From Octopus bimaculoides (taxonomy: Eukaryota), in contig NC_068990.1 in the NCBI RefSeq assembly GCF_001194135.2, forward strand, positions 41,399,454-41,463,453: 64,000 nt of DNA, read 5' to 3'. The notes under the pieces were generated by a model that saw only the letters and a program-made list of their open reading frames with translations, was not told the DNA's origin and did no database searches. How positions within the stretch are numbered: position 1 is the stretch's first letter; each line of letters starts with the position of its first letter. The translations under genes and the position numbers were made by a program. Positions 26,094 through 38,515 of this stretch are shown one piece after another.

Positions 26094-26468
26094 GACGCAG
26101 GAGTGGCTGCGTGGTTAGAAGCTTCCTTCCCAACCACAAGGCTCCGAGTTCAGTCCCACTCCGTAGTACCTCGGGCAAGTGTTTTCTACTATAGCCTGGA
26201 GCCGACCAAAGTATTGTGAGTAGATTTGGTGGAGGGGAGAAACTGAAAGTGAGTGTATGTTTATATGTGAGTGTTTATCTCCCACCAGCGCTTAGCAACC
26301 GGTGTTGCTGCGTTTACGTCATCCAAACTGGCGGTTCGGTAAAGGAGACACATAAAATTAGTACCAGCCTTAAAAAAATAAGTAGTGGGTACGATTCATT
26401 TCTCTAAAATACTTCAAGGCAGTGGTCCAATATGGCCGTAATCCAATGACTGAAACAAGTTAATGATA
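26094..26468 (+). mobile_element. SINE family A, full length, diverged
   Basis: gacgcaggagtggctgcgtggttagaagc head through gactgaaacaag tail. Confidence 0.88.
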
Positions 26469-26510
26469 AGTCACACTGTTTTGGATTTTCAAAATCATAA
26501 CAATTACTTC

Positions 26511-26581
<71 letters not shown>

Positions 26582-26954
26582 AATGTATATATGTATGTAT
26601 CCATGTATGTGTATGTGAGTATTCCCAGATACATACACACCCCTGTATGTATGTGTGAATGTTGTGTACAGTGCCTATAATGACTTCCATACCGTATTCT
26701 CTTGTTAGTTGGCAGCAATTCATATATATATATATATATATATATATTCACTTGGATAAAATTAAATATAAGAGGAAAATGGCGGTGGAGGAAGGAGAGA
26801 AATTGTTGCAATTAACAGATAGGAATGAGAGGGAGAGAGGAAAATGCAGGAGCCAGTGAAACTAGTAGTGTATACATTGAATAAAAAATGACGCAGATAT
26901 GAAAAATAGTTATGAAATTTTCCACAATTATTGTTATTATTATTATCCTCATTA

Positions 26955-27015
<61 letters not shown>

Positions 27016-28002
27016 CAATATTATTTATCTATATATTTATTCTTTTAATTATTCATTTTATTTAGTTCTTTATGTGAAATAAAAATGTCTACCCTGAAGT
27101 ACATCATGATGGAACATTCTCGACCTATAGTTTTATTGTTGCTATTGTTGTTCCTATATATTAAATATTACCGGTTTTGTTGTTGTCGTTGTTGTTGTTG
27201 TATCCTTTTCTTATGAGTTTCTTTCNNNNNNNNNNNNNNNNNNNNNNNNNNNNNNNNNNNNNNNNNNNNNNNNNNNNNNNNNNNNNNNNNNNNNNNNNNN
27301 NNNNNNNNNNNNNNNNNNNNNNNNNNNNNNNNNNNNNNNNNNNNNNNNNNNNNNNNNNNNNNNNNNNNNNNNNNNNNNNNNNNNNNNNNNNNNNNNNNNN
27401 NNNNNNNNNNNNNNNNNNNNNNNNNNNNNNNNNNNNNNNNNNNNNNNNNNNNNNNNNNNNNNNNNNNNNNNNNNNNNNNNNNNTATACATTTATACAGAG
27501 TTCTACATATAGTCGTAAATATTCACACATGCTTGTATATATACACACGCGGAAATACACACACCCAAAAATATGTGTACGTAGGTAAGATAGTATTTTT
27601 TTTTTATTACAGTTTAATTATATAATTCTGGAAATGATTAATGCAAGTTTATTACTAACTATGCCTTTTCTTTTTGATATTTTTTTAATACTTATTGCAT
27701 ACGTATATAGCTAGATATATACAAACATTCATATGCACACATATATAATTAAATACATACATACATTCATAACAGATATATACATATATGCAATAATACA
27801 TGCAGAAATATATTCGTATCACATTCAAAATGCGCGTGTGTGAATGTGAGTTTGTGTATGTATATATGTGAATACATCCACATAAGACATACACATATAT
27901 AGATGCATACGTATATATGTGTCAATATATATATGCATACACGCATACACACACACATGTTTGTATGTATGTATGTATGTATGTATTTTTAGATATATAT
28001 AG

Positions 28003-28304
28003 TGGCACTCCGTCGGTTACGACGACAAGGGTTCCAGTTGGTCCGATCAACGGAACAGCCTGCTCGTGAAATTAATGTGCAAGTGGCTGAGGACTCCACA
28101 GACACGCGTACCCCTTAACGTATTTCCTGTAGAGATCCAGCGTGACACAGAGTGTGACAAGGCTGGCCTTTTGAAATACAGGTACAACAGAAGCAGGAAG
28201 AGAGAGTGAGAGAAAGTTGTGGGGAAAGAGTACGGCAGGTTTCGCCACCTCGTGAAGCTTTAGGTGTTTTCGCTAACTAAACACACACAAGGCCCAGTCT
28301 GGCA
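28003..28304 (-). mobile_element. SINE family B, runs into gap
   Basis: tggcactccgtcggttacgacgacaagggttccagttg is the reversed family B 3' end. Confidence 0.9.
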
Positions 28305-29190
28305 NNNNNNNNNNNNNNNNNNNNNNNNNNNNNNNNNNNNNNNNNNNNNNNNNNNNNNNNNNNNNNNNNNNNNNNNNNNNNNNNNNNNNNNNNNNNNNNN
28401 NNNNNNNNNNNNNNNNNNNNNNNNNNNNNNNNNNNNNNNNNNNNNNNNNNNNNNNNNNNNNNNNNNNNNNNNNNNNNNNNNNNNNNNNNNNNNNNNNNNN
28501 NNNNNNNNNNNNNNNNNNNNNNNNNNNNNNNNNNNNNNNNNNNNNNNNNNNNNNNNNNNNNNNNNNNNNNNNNNNNNNNNNNNNNNNNNNNNNNNNNNNN
28601 NNNNNNNNNNNNNNNNNNNNNNNNNNNNNNNNNNNNNNNNNNNNNNNNNNNNNNNNNNNNNNNNNNNNNNNNNNNNNNNNNNNNNNNNNNNNNNNNNNNN
28701 NNNNNNNNNNNNNNNNNNNNNNNNNNNNNNNNNNNNNNNNNNNNNNNNNNNNNNNNNNNNNNNNNNNNNNNNNNNNNNNNNNNNNNNNNNNNNNNNNNNN
28801 NNNNNNNNNNNNNNNNNNNNNNNNNNNNNNNNNNNNNNNNNNNNNNNNNNNNNNNNNNNNNNNNNNNNNNNNNNNNNNNNNNNNNNNNNNNNNNNNNNNN
28901 NNNNNNNNNNNNNNNNNNNNNNNNNNNNNNNNNNNNNNNNNNNNNNNNNNNNNNNNNNNNNNNNNNNNNNNNNNNNNNNNNNNNNNNNNNNNNNNNNNNN
29001 NNNNNNNNNNNNNNNNNNNNNNNNNNNNNNNNNNNNNNNNNNNNNNNNNNNNNNNNNNNNNNNNNNNNNNNNNNNNNNNNNNNNNNNNNNNNNNNNNNNN
29101 NNNNNNNNNNNNNNNNNNNNNNNNNNNNNNNNNNNNNNNNNNNNNNNNNNNNNNNNNNNNNNNNNNNNNNNNNNNNNNNNNNNNNNNNNN

Positions 29191-29248
<58 letters not shown>

Positions 29249-29436
29249 CACATGTATATATATATGTATATGTATATATATATATTTATGTATATATGTG
29301 TATGCATGTATATATATGTATATATGTGTATATATATGTATATGTATGTATATATGTATATATATATATATGCATATGTATATACATATATGTGCATATA
29401 TGTATATATATATGTACATATATGTATATGTACTTG

Positions 29437-29477
<41 letters not shown>

Positions 29478-30327
29478 ATGTGTATGTATAAATATGTGTA
29501 TGTATATATATGTATACACAGATAGTACATTATTACAAATTTATATATATATATACAACATGTGAATACTTACATATACGCACATATACACACATATATA
29601 TGTACGTATGTACACGACCGGTTTAATTGCCCGTCTAAACTGCACGTGTTATATGGTCAAAATGCCACCGCAGTGAATATAATGACGAAGTACATATATA
29701 AATTTATATAAATAAGGATAAGATCGTCATTTAAAATACCAATCATATCAAGTAACCAGCATGGGAATAAAAGCCTTAGAGGTAATAATTATTATTAGGA
29801 TTATAATTAAGGTTATCTAAAAGATACCACGTAGATACGTACATATATATACATATATACATATATANNNNNNNNNNNNNNNNNNNNNNNNNNNNNNNNN
29901 NNNNNNNNNNNNNNNNNNNNNNNNNNNNNNNNNNNNNNNNNNNNNNNNNNNNNNNNNNNNNNNNNNNNNNNNNNNNNNNNNNNNNNNNNNNNNNNNNNNN
30001 NNNNNNNNNNNNNNNNNNNNNNNNNNNNNNNNNNNNNNNNNNNNNNNNNNNNNNNNNNNNNNNNNNNNNNNNNNNNNNNNNNNNNNNNNNNNNNNNNNNN
30101 NNNNNNNNNNNNNNNNNNNNNNNNNNNNNNNNNNNNNNNNNNNNNNNNNNNNNNNNNNNNNNNNNNNNNNNNNNNNNNNNNNNNNNNNNNNNNNNNNNNN
30201 NNNNNNNNNNNNNNNNNNNNNNNNNNNNNNNNNNNNNNNNNNNNNNNNNNNNNNNNNNNNNNNNNNNNNNNNNNNNNATATAATCTGTTAATCGGTGTTA
30301 ATATTAAGTTAAAAAACAATTAGTATC

Positions 30328-30329
<2 letters not shown>

Positions 30330-30358
<29 letters not shown>

Positions 30359-31320
30359 TAATAATAATAATTAATTCGTTTTATTGGCCACAAGGGCTAA
30401 TATCAATTAAAAACATATAAGGACAAAGACAGGACGAAGGTTACAAAAGGTTTTGTCCGAAAAGGTAGGAAAGTTCGTCTAAACAGAGGAAGAAAACGGA
30501 GAAAGATATAATGAATAAATGAATAATAATAATAATAAAATGATGAAAATACTATAAATCTATTTAGATGTATAACACAAAATGATAAATAATATACGAC
30601 ATCTATGAGAGTATATACATTTTGTGGAAAGAATTTTTGAGCACTAAGAAATTTAAGTATAAGCATATATCATCTGTAAGATTTGATTAATATCAGGTAG
30701 ATTTGCGAGAAACCCTAAATAATGAAAACATTAAAATTGGGATAGTTAAGAGTGGTAGTTTTATTTTTAAGTACATATACAAATGGAATAGGTTACGAAT
30801 AAGAAGGAAGAAAAGAGGGGGAAAAGAAATAATAAAAAGTATATAAGGGCAAAATTGACACCGAAAATGTATTAAGTGTTTTCATATATCAATAGTAAAA
30901 AGTAAATAAGTATCATACAAATTGGAAATAGGCAATTATGATAAATAATAATAATTGGAATAGGTAAGAGAGGGGTGTATCTAAGTACATATTGTAAAAG
31001 GAATAAATTACAGACAAATTTATGTATATATATGTGTATATTAAGGGGAGGTTCAAGAATTGCCTAAAAGCGTGTTGAGAAAAAGTGGAAGGTATATAAA
31101 GATTTGGTAGAGATGTTATGTTGATAAAAGGAGGGTTACTCAATATAGATGGGACGGTTGAATAATAAATGAATACCCAAGTAGTTTAAGATAATTAATA
31201 TAGACAGTATTATAGAATAGAAATCTGGTACCATAGATAGAAATAATGTAGAGAGAAATATTATACAAGAAAATTTGATTATAAGGAGAAAGAATAAGAT
31301 AAAAAGAGTTAAGGTAGGGG
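30330..31320 (-). mobile_element. Retroelement 3' UTR-like region ending in (TTA)n
   Basis: Pyrimidine-rich on the minus strand, directly downstream of the GIY-YIG stop, ending agcccttgtggccaataaaacgaatt plus (TTA)n. Confidence 0.5.
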
Positions 31321-31324
31321 GAGA

Positions 31325-32075
31325 TTATTTAAGATTAATGAAAAGGAATTTTGACATATGTCTGCAAGAAAAAAACTTTTTCTTCTCTCGAATTAACAAG
31401 GCCTTTCGTTTTCATTATTTTATAACTTTCTTCGAGGCATAACTTGCAGATCTTTTCAATATGATGGGGCTGAAGAAATTATTTTCCAAGAAATCGAGTA
31501 ATCAATACTGCTTCTTTTAAGTTGCCAAACCTTTTTGGATAGACCTATGCTATTTTCTTTTCTAGGGTCATTAAAGGATGATTTATGATTATTTAAACTT
31601 AATTTGAAAGAATTTTATGTACACCCGATGAAAGTAAATTCAGAGAGACTATGGGTAATAGTTGTTGCTTGGTGACATTCACTCCATCTAGTCTTCTGTA
31701 ACAGTGCAATATTTTTATGAAGTATTTTTTTATGTATTCTTTTTTCATACTGAGGAGATCAGCAATAGGCATTGAATTTAATTATAATTAAATTAGCTTC
31801 TAATATTCTAATATTTTTACCATGTTATTTACATGTTAATATTAATGTTCGAAATGGTGGTTTGCATGAATTAAATTTTTAAAACTTTTAACATCTTTTC
31901 TTCTTCATCTTTAATTCTTTGTGAGCTTCGATAGGATAAGAATGCTCTTAACACACCTTATACTTGTTGCATTTTCAGCTAACAAAAGTTAGCTAACAAT
32001 GTAATATGAAGAACCTTCATTAGTAATTAAACTTTGTAACCCACCAAAATAAAGGATGAAATAGAACTCAACATT
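31325..32075 (-). pseudogene. Penelope-like element ORF remnant (GIY-YIG endonuclease end)
   Basis: Manual translation with stops and frameshift: FIGCT*NSFKLSLNNHKSSF...LSKKVWQLK...YSISWKII...CKLCLEE...VNSREE...CRHMSKFL, the PLE YIG..NH..SF/CxLC/CRH pattern. Confidence 0.85.
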
Positions 32076-33004
32076 TTCTCATATANNNNNNNNNNNNNNN
32101 NNNNNNNNNNNNNNNNNNNNNNNNNNNNNNNNNNNNNNNNNNNNNNNNNNNNNNNNNNNNNNNNNNNNNNNNNNNNNNNNNNNNNNNNNNNNNNNNNNNN
32201 NNNNNNNNNNNNNNNNNNNNNNNNNNNNNNNNNNNNNNNNNNNNNNNNNNNNNNNNNNNNNNNNNNNNNNNNNNNNNNNNNNNNNNNNNNNNNNNNNNNN
32301 NNNNNNNNNNNNNNNNNNNNNNNNNNNNNNNNNNNNNNNNNNNNNNNNNNNNNNNNNNNNNNNNNNNNNNNNNNNNNNNNNNNNNNNNNNNNNNNNNNNN
32401 NNNNNNNNNNNNNNNNNNNNNNNNNNNNNNNNNNNNNNNNNNNNNNNNNNNNNNNNNNNNNNNNNNNNNNNNNNNNNNNNNNNNNNNNNNNNNNNNNNNN
32501 NNNNNNNNNNNNNNNNNNNNNNNNNNNNNNNNNNNNNNNNNNNNNNNNNNNNNNNNNNNNNNNNNNNNNNNNNNNNNNNNNNNNNNNNNNNNNNNNNNNN
32601 NNNNNNNNNNNNNNNNNNNNNNNNNNNNNNNNNNNNNNNNNNNNNNNNNNNNNNNNNNNNNNNNNNNNTTATCAAGCGCTACCTGCTACAGAGTACAACT
32701 TATAAATAATTTGGCTCCTTTTTCTAATTAGAAGGCAGTTTATTCCATTTCCGCTAGACTTACCTCTAATTAGCTGCAAAGGCACTACACCCCACAACAC
32801 CATGGCTATACCACTCACAACTGCACCAGCGCCGCAACCACCACCGCCACCACAACCACCACCACGACTACCACCACACCGCCACCTCACCACAACATTA
32901 CAGTGACCACCCTAACACAGTCCCTAAATTTTGCATGGCCCGACGTCCTCAGTTGCTAAGCAACCCTCCACACTATTTTGACCACGATTAGTATAATGAC
33001 GCAT

Positions 33005-33220
33005 AAGGCATCGAGCTGGCAGAATCGTTAGCATGCCGAACAAATTGCTTAGCACCATTTCGTCCGTCTATATGTTCTGAGTTCAAATCTCGTTGAAGTC
33101 GACCTTGCCTTTCATCCTTTCGGTGTCAATGAAATAAGTACCAGTTAAGCACTGAGGTCAATGTAATCAACTTGGCTCCTCTCCTAAAGTTACTAGCCCT
33201 GTGCCTAAATTTGGAGCCAT
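33005..33220 (+). mobile_element. SINE family C monomer
   Basis: aaggcatcgagctggcagaatcgttagcatgcc through tgtgcctaaatttggagcc. Confidence 0.88.
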
Positions 33221-33728
33221 TATTATAATGTCACTAACATACGTTAAAACAATATGACAATGCAAGATACTCTCAGCACTACGTCAACACATCTTCCCAC
33301 TACGTCAACACACCTTTCCACCACGCCCTCCTTGTCAGTATCATATCGCCATACCAGACATTCGATATTTTATAAATAGTTTTATAGATATTTCGTTCAA
33401 AGTTCCTGTTTTATTTCTCGCACATTAACTTGTGTAGGTTGAATTATGCAAAATGCTAGAGAAAGTAACGTAGCTGTTTCTTGCATTATATACCAGCAAC
33501 TTTTTTCAGGGGCTCTTGAAATTCTATTGTGGATCTCAATTTACTATTTTGGGATCTAGTTGGTTTGGCTGCCAGCATTTCAAAATTTAAATGTTATCAA
33601 ACATTTTAAAATTTGCCTCAATAATATACTTTTCCAAGCTGAATTGTTGGAGTTATTTCTCTTTTTAACGAAAAAATGTTTTAAAAAAGTTATAAAGGTT
33701 TAAAATTATGATTATCATTATTATTAAA

Positions 33729-33801
33729 GTGACTGCTTGGAATTGAACTCGGAATCTTGGGATTAGTAGACCGCGCTCTTAAACCACTGTGCCATATGCC
33801 C
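33729..33801 (-). other. tRNA-like Pol III cassette (pseudo-tRNA)
   Basis: GGGCATATGGCACAGTGGTTTAAGAGCGCGGTCTACTAATCCCAAGATTCCGAGTTCAATTCCAAGCAGTCAC: A box, CT-ACT-AA loop, B box; acceptor stem does not pair. Confidence 0.7.
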
Positions 33802-33830
33802 GTGGGTAATTACAGAGTGAATTTTAGGGC

Positions 33831-34212
33831 TTATAAATCTAATGTTTTCCTATCCTTCCTTAATACCGGTACCCATATGCTATTCATATCTGCACTCGGT
33901 CTGCATAGGAGGTTGTTGTGTCCTAGCATATGTACTGCTTCTTTTAGTTTTCTTACTCTCTAGTGGTGTTGTCTGTCTATTACTTTGACTTCATTCTACA
34001 GGGGGAGGGGGTCTCCTTTTTTCCATACATGATCAGCTATATCCGATTTATCAATATCTCCTCGTGTCACAGCTTTGCGATGTTCCTCTATCCTTATTTT
34101 GATGGGGTGGCATGTTTCACCTTTGTATAACCTACCACAGCTCCATGAGATGAATGAAGTATATGCAGTTTTTGGTCATATTCTCTTGTATTGCTGGTTT
34201 TACTCGAAGAAG
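33831..34212 (-). pseudogene. Penelope-like GIY-YIG endonuclease remnant
   Basis: Manual translation: KNCIYFI-SCGRLYKGETCHPIKIRIEEHRKAVTRGDIDKSDIADHVWKKG...EVKVID...RKLKEAVHM...IWVPVL, with one frameshift and two stops. Confidence 0.9.
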
Positions 34213-34689
34213 ACATTTATTTATTGATTTATAGCTAAAATGGTTTTCACGTCATTCATTAGCCTATAAAAGTGTATCATTACACTGAATATGAAACCAA
34301 TTCGAACAGAACTAATGCTGGCAGCCAAACCGACTAGATCCCTATTTTGTTGCATGGACCCCCGATATGAACCCTCAGGTGCCATATGGATATTCAGTGA
34401 CTATATGGACCCCGTTGAGGACCACTGGTTTTCGTTGTCCCCGTACATAGAAAAAATGCAGAGTTGTCATGGTTAGCTTGCCCTTAAATCTTAGGTCCGT
34501 TCATTCGGGGTTGATCTGAGGCTAAGCCGCAATAACAGCTCATATTACTTCTACAACACTGACACACAATGTCACCGTACCACCACCTCCATTATGGCAC
34601 TTCTACTGTGTTATATACTTACTGCAACACTAAACCACTATTTCCAATTTTAGATTGAAATAACATAAAATTGGTTTCTGTCTACCTCT

Positions 34690-35060
34690 ACCTCTACACC
34701 ACCACGACCACCACCACCACCACCACACCTACAATATTACTATCAACAAAATCACTACTATCAGTACTACGACATCTTCCATTCTGACTGCTGTCTCCAT
34801 CACTACTACTACCCTATTTTTACTGCGATCACCACCAGCATTAACACTATCACCATGCACCACAATATTCACCCCCACCATCATCATCATATCTACCACC
34901 ACCATAATGTTGCCATCAACAGCACAAACATATAACGTACCACTGCCACCAGCATCCTCAAATCCTTCCCCACGATGACGATCAACCCCTACCCACCCAC
35001 CACACCACGGCTGTCTTCATTACAACGGGCGCTGCTACTACCATCGTCATCATCATGACC
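34690..35060. repeat. Degenerate (ACC/ACT/CAT)n low-complexity tract
   Basis: Direct inspection. Confidence 0.75.
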
Positions 35061-35744
35061 ACTCACTATCGTGTTTACCGTCATCTTTGTACCTAACTAT
35101 ATAGCTGAAGTAGAGTTATCCAAGGCCATATAGTAAAAATAATAAGAGTACTTCCAAACACAGACACACAAACATACACGCACATACATATATATATATA
35201 TGTATACGACGGGCTTCTTTCAGTTTCCGTCTACCAAATCCAGTCAACGAGAAGGGGTACGGATGGACATTTATTTTTCAATCATTACAATTGTTTCCAC
35301 GCAACGTAGTTCTCCAGCAGTGCAGGTACTTCATTATGCAACTGTTTCCCTGCATTATGAAATCTCGTTGTTTTTCCTCAGGCTATATGTAAATATTGTC
35401 TCCGTAAGTTTGAAATTCTCTGCTTCAAGAACATTAACTCTGTAGTGGCCTGACTTTAGTTGTAGTCACTGAGCTTTTCAGGATGTGCTGATGTTGAGGG
35501 GCCGTCGGCAAATAGCTCTGAATGTGTAGATGTGGTGGGATGGTGATCCTGCTACTCTTAAAGTGGTTGCCGTTTTAAAGGGATTGGCATTGTATTTCTT
35601 TTTACTGCTGATTTATTCTTCATGGTTGGTTACACATGCGATTTTCATTAGCCGACCTTTAAGGTCGGCTAAGGAAAATCACTCGGACACATACACGTAT
35701 ACATACGCGCACACACATACACACACACATATATATATGCATGT

Positions 35745-35963
35745 ATGTATATGTTTGTGTGTCTGTGTTTGTTCCCCACTATCGCTAGACAACCGATGTT
35801 GGCGTGTTCACGTCCCCGTAACATTAGCGGTTTGGCAAAAGAGAGTGATAGAATGAGTGCTGGGTTTACAAAGAATAAGTCCTGGGGTCGATTTCTTTGA
35901 CTAAAGGTGCTGCTCCAGCATAGCCGCTGTCAAATGACCGAAACAGATGAAAGAATGAAAGAA
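35745..35963 (+). mobile_element. SINE family A 3' half (a minus-strand mid fragment also lies at 35160-35243)
   Basis: ctagacaaccgatgttggcgtgttcacgtccccg...gctccagcatagccgctgtcaaatgacc. Confidence 0.85.
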
Positions 35964-36911
35964 CACTACGTTGCGTGGAAACAATTGGGATCTTTATGAT
36001 TTGACGGGCAACACTTGTTTTTTTAACGAAACACTTTCAAACTTGGGACACTGGTAGAATGTGTCATACAAAACAACTTTTTCTCTTAGCCTTCTTAACA
36101 AAAAATTGTACATCGCAAGTTATTTCATGTTAAAGTTGTCGTGTTTCTGTAATTTCAACCAATCACTGACGTCTATTCAGCTGAATACAGTCAGTGCTCT
36201 TTTTATAAACAATAAATTTTGGCCGGTCATAAAAATGTTATTCCCTGTGACATATTTCATCCGGTTTAATCGAAATTTATACGCATATATTGTTTATATA
36301 ATAAATTACNNNNNNNNNNNNNNNNNNNNNNNNNNNNNNNNNNNNNNNNNNNNNNNNNNNNNNNNNNNNNNNNNNNNNNNNNNNNNNNNNNNNNNNNNNN
36401 NNNNNNNNNNNNNNNNNNNNNNNNNNNNNNNNNNNNNNNNNNNNNNNNNNNNNNNNNNNNNNNNNNNNNNNNNNNNNNNNNNNNNNNNNNNNNNNNNNNN
36501 NATTTGAAGAAGATTTAGCTGCTATTTCTAGGAAATGAAGCACTTGGTGGAGGTGCATTAATAATTCTGCCAGCTCCAATAACAAGTGCAGGCAATATTC
36601 AAGTATTTTGATGGCTTTTTCCCCTTTGTTTACGAACAGTCTAGTTAATCGGAAATGTCAGAACTAACGGGGATTAATACCATATACACCGTCACAGCAC
36701 TAACTGTATTCAACTGAATAGACGTCAGTGATTAGTTGAAATTATCGAAATAAGACAATGTTTAACGTGAAATAACTTCGAATACAAAATTTTTTATCTG
36801 TTTTATACCACAAAATATACAAGTATACGAAGTTTGAAAGTGTTTCGGTACCAAAAACACTACATAAAAAAATGTTGCCCGTCAAATCATAAAGATCCAA
36901 CAATTGTAGTG
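35964..36911. mobile_element. DNA transposon with ~230-bp TIRs starting CACTAC
   Basis: 35964-36198 vs reverse complement of 36696-36911; 36151-36198 matches at 45 of 48; ggatctttatgatttgacgggcaaca is shared. Confidence 0.8.
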
Positions 36912-38085
36912 AGTAAGAAATAAATGTCCAACGTTAACCTTCTTTTTTCAATTATATGTTCACACACGACAGATGCTCAAACACAGGGTAAAGCTGAAGG
37001 TGGACGAGCTTTGTACTTTACTCCTCTACGTTCTTATACAATTCATACATACATTCATACATATTTTTTTGATAAATAATGTATATATAAAGACATGTAT
37101 AAACAAGGTCTTACACACAAGAGTATGAAAAATTATACAAAATTTATTATCTTCCTTTCCTATTATGAATATTTAAACCAAACTACCCTTTTTTTTTATT
37201 TTCTCTTCTCATCACAGCGTCCCTCCATCGTCTTGATGCTTGCTAAAATTTTACTTCCTGTTTTACCTTCCCCTCCCTTCGACTCATCTTTCCCCTCTTT
37301 CCTTTCCTTTATCATTTTCTAGTCTTTAATTTATTTATTTGATTTGATTTTTGATATTTTATTGTTTATTTTACAGAGATTTGGCGTTTAGTTCTCCTTT
37401 ACCCATCTTTTCCTACTATTTTATCCTGCTTCATCCCTTTTTCTTTTCTTTTTTTCAACAGCAGCAGTAGCAGCAACAGTAGTCACCCTCTCCTACCACT
37501 ACTCGCACAACACACACAACCATACATACACGCTCGCACACACTCGTTCACACACACATACATACACACTCTGTCGCTTCCGGTCTGAGGCCTTTAACGC
37601 CCTTCCTGACACTATGTCCGACTTAGTGACGCCAAAGCCCCAGCTTAACTTTAATCACCAAAACCAATGTAATACAAAAGTCTGCAACACCCATCCTAAA
37701 TCTGTTTGTCTGTCTGAATGTCTGACTGTCATTCTCTCTCCTTCTCTCCCTCTCTCTCACTCTCTCTCTCTTTATCTCTCTCTCTCAGACTCTCTCACCG
37801 TTTTCCTCTACTCTGAAGTTCTTAGAATTTCTCTTTGATTGTTGATCTTTTCTCATTCAAATTCCAATGAATCATATACACATACATACAACCATTCATG
37901 TACTACTTATACATACATACGAGTACACATTTTTATACATATGCATAGATACATTGCTACATACATACACACATACATACATACATGTGTATGTGTGTGA
38001 GTGTGGAGAGAGAAATAGAAAGATGTACATAGGTAGGTAGATATACTGTGAAATGTTAGGTTGTACTACTCACTGATAATTATTG

Positions 38086-38225
38086 GCATGGCTGCGTGGT
38101 TAAGAAGCTCATTTTGTAACTACGTGGATTTGAATTTAGACCCATTGCGCGGCGCTTTGGATAAGTAACCCCAGGCCAATGAATGATTTCACAGTCAATT
38201 CGGCAGATGGAAACTGTGGAATCCC
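38086..38225 (+). mobile_element. Old SINE A-like head
   Basis: ggcatggctgcgtggttaagaagc...ccattgcgcggcgctttggataagt. Confidence 0.6.
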
Positions 38226-38278
38226 AACACACACGTACTGTTGGTGATATTTTTCCTTTTCAGAATTTTTTTGTTTTC

Positions 38279-38313
38279 TTTTCTGACGAAGAGAACTGTT
38301 CGAAACGTCAAAA
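38279..38313 (+). ncRNA. Minimal hammerhead-like motif, degenerate stem II
   Basis: TTTT-CTGACGA-AGAGAACTGTTC-GAAAC-GTC-AAAA. Confidence 0.5.
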
Positions 38314-38379
38314 ACCTTCTCCGTTTTTCCATATATAGTTGGAATTTACAAAAAAAAAGAAAGACAAAGAAAGGTGTAT

Positions 38380-38477
38380 AAACAACAAACAGGCGTATTA
38401 GTTTAACGCTCGGGAAGGTGAGAAAGTCTTTTACGTTTCGAACCTACGCTCTTCAACAGAAAGGAACACGAGAAAAT

Positions 38478-38480
<3 letters not shown>
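38380..38480 (-). mobile_element. Repeat E with minimal hammerhead-like motif (second copy at 48930-49070)
   Basis: Minus strand TTT-CTGTTGA-AGAGCGTAGGTTC-GAAAC-GTA-AAA followed by gagcgttaaactaatacgcctg, shared with 48930-49070. Confidence 0.6.

Positions 38481-38515
<35 letters not shown>

Larger units (their letters stand above)
33494..34427. mobile_element. Probable hAT-type element split by a Penelope insertion
   Basis: 29-bp inverted repeats 33551-33579 and 34314-34342 (1 mismatch); right end reads CAGTGGTCCTCAAC on the minus strand; left end degenerate and no TSD seen. Confidence 0.5.

Noticed and set aside
33729-33801. Functional tRNA-Ser gene
   Set aside because: Acceptor stem does not pair and the variable arm is not Ser-like; kept only as a tRNA-like cassette.
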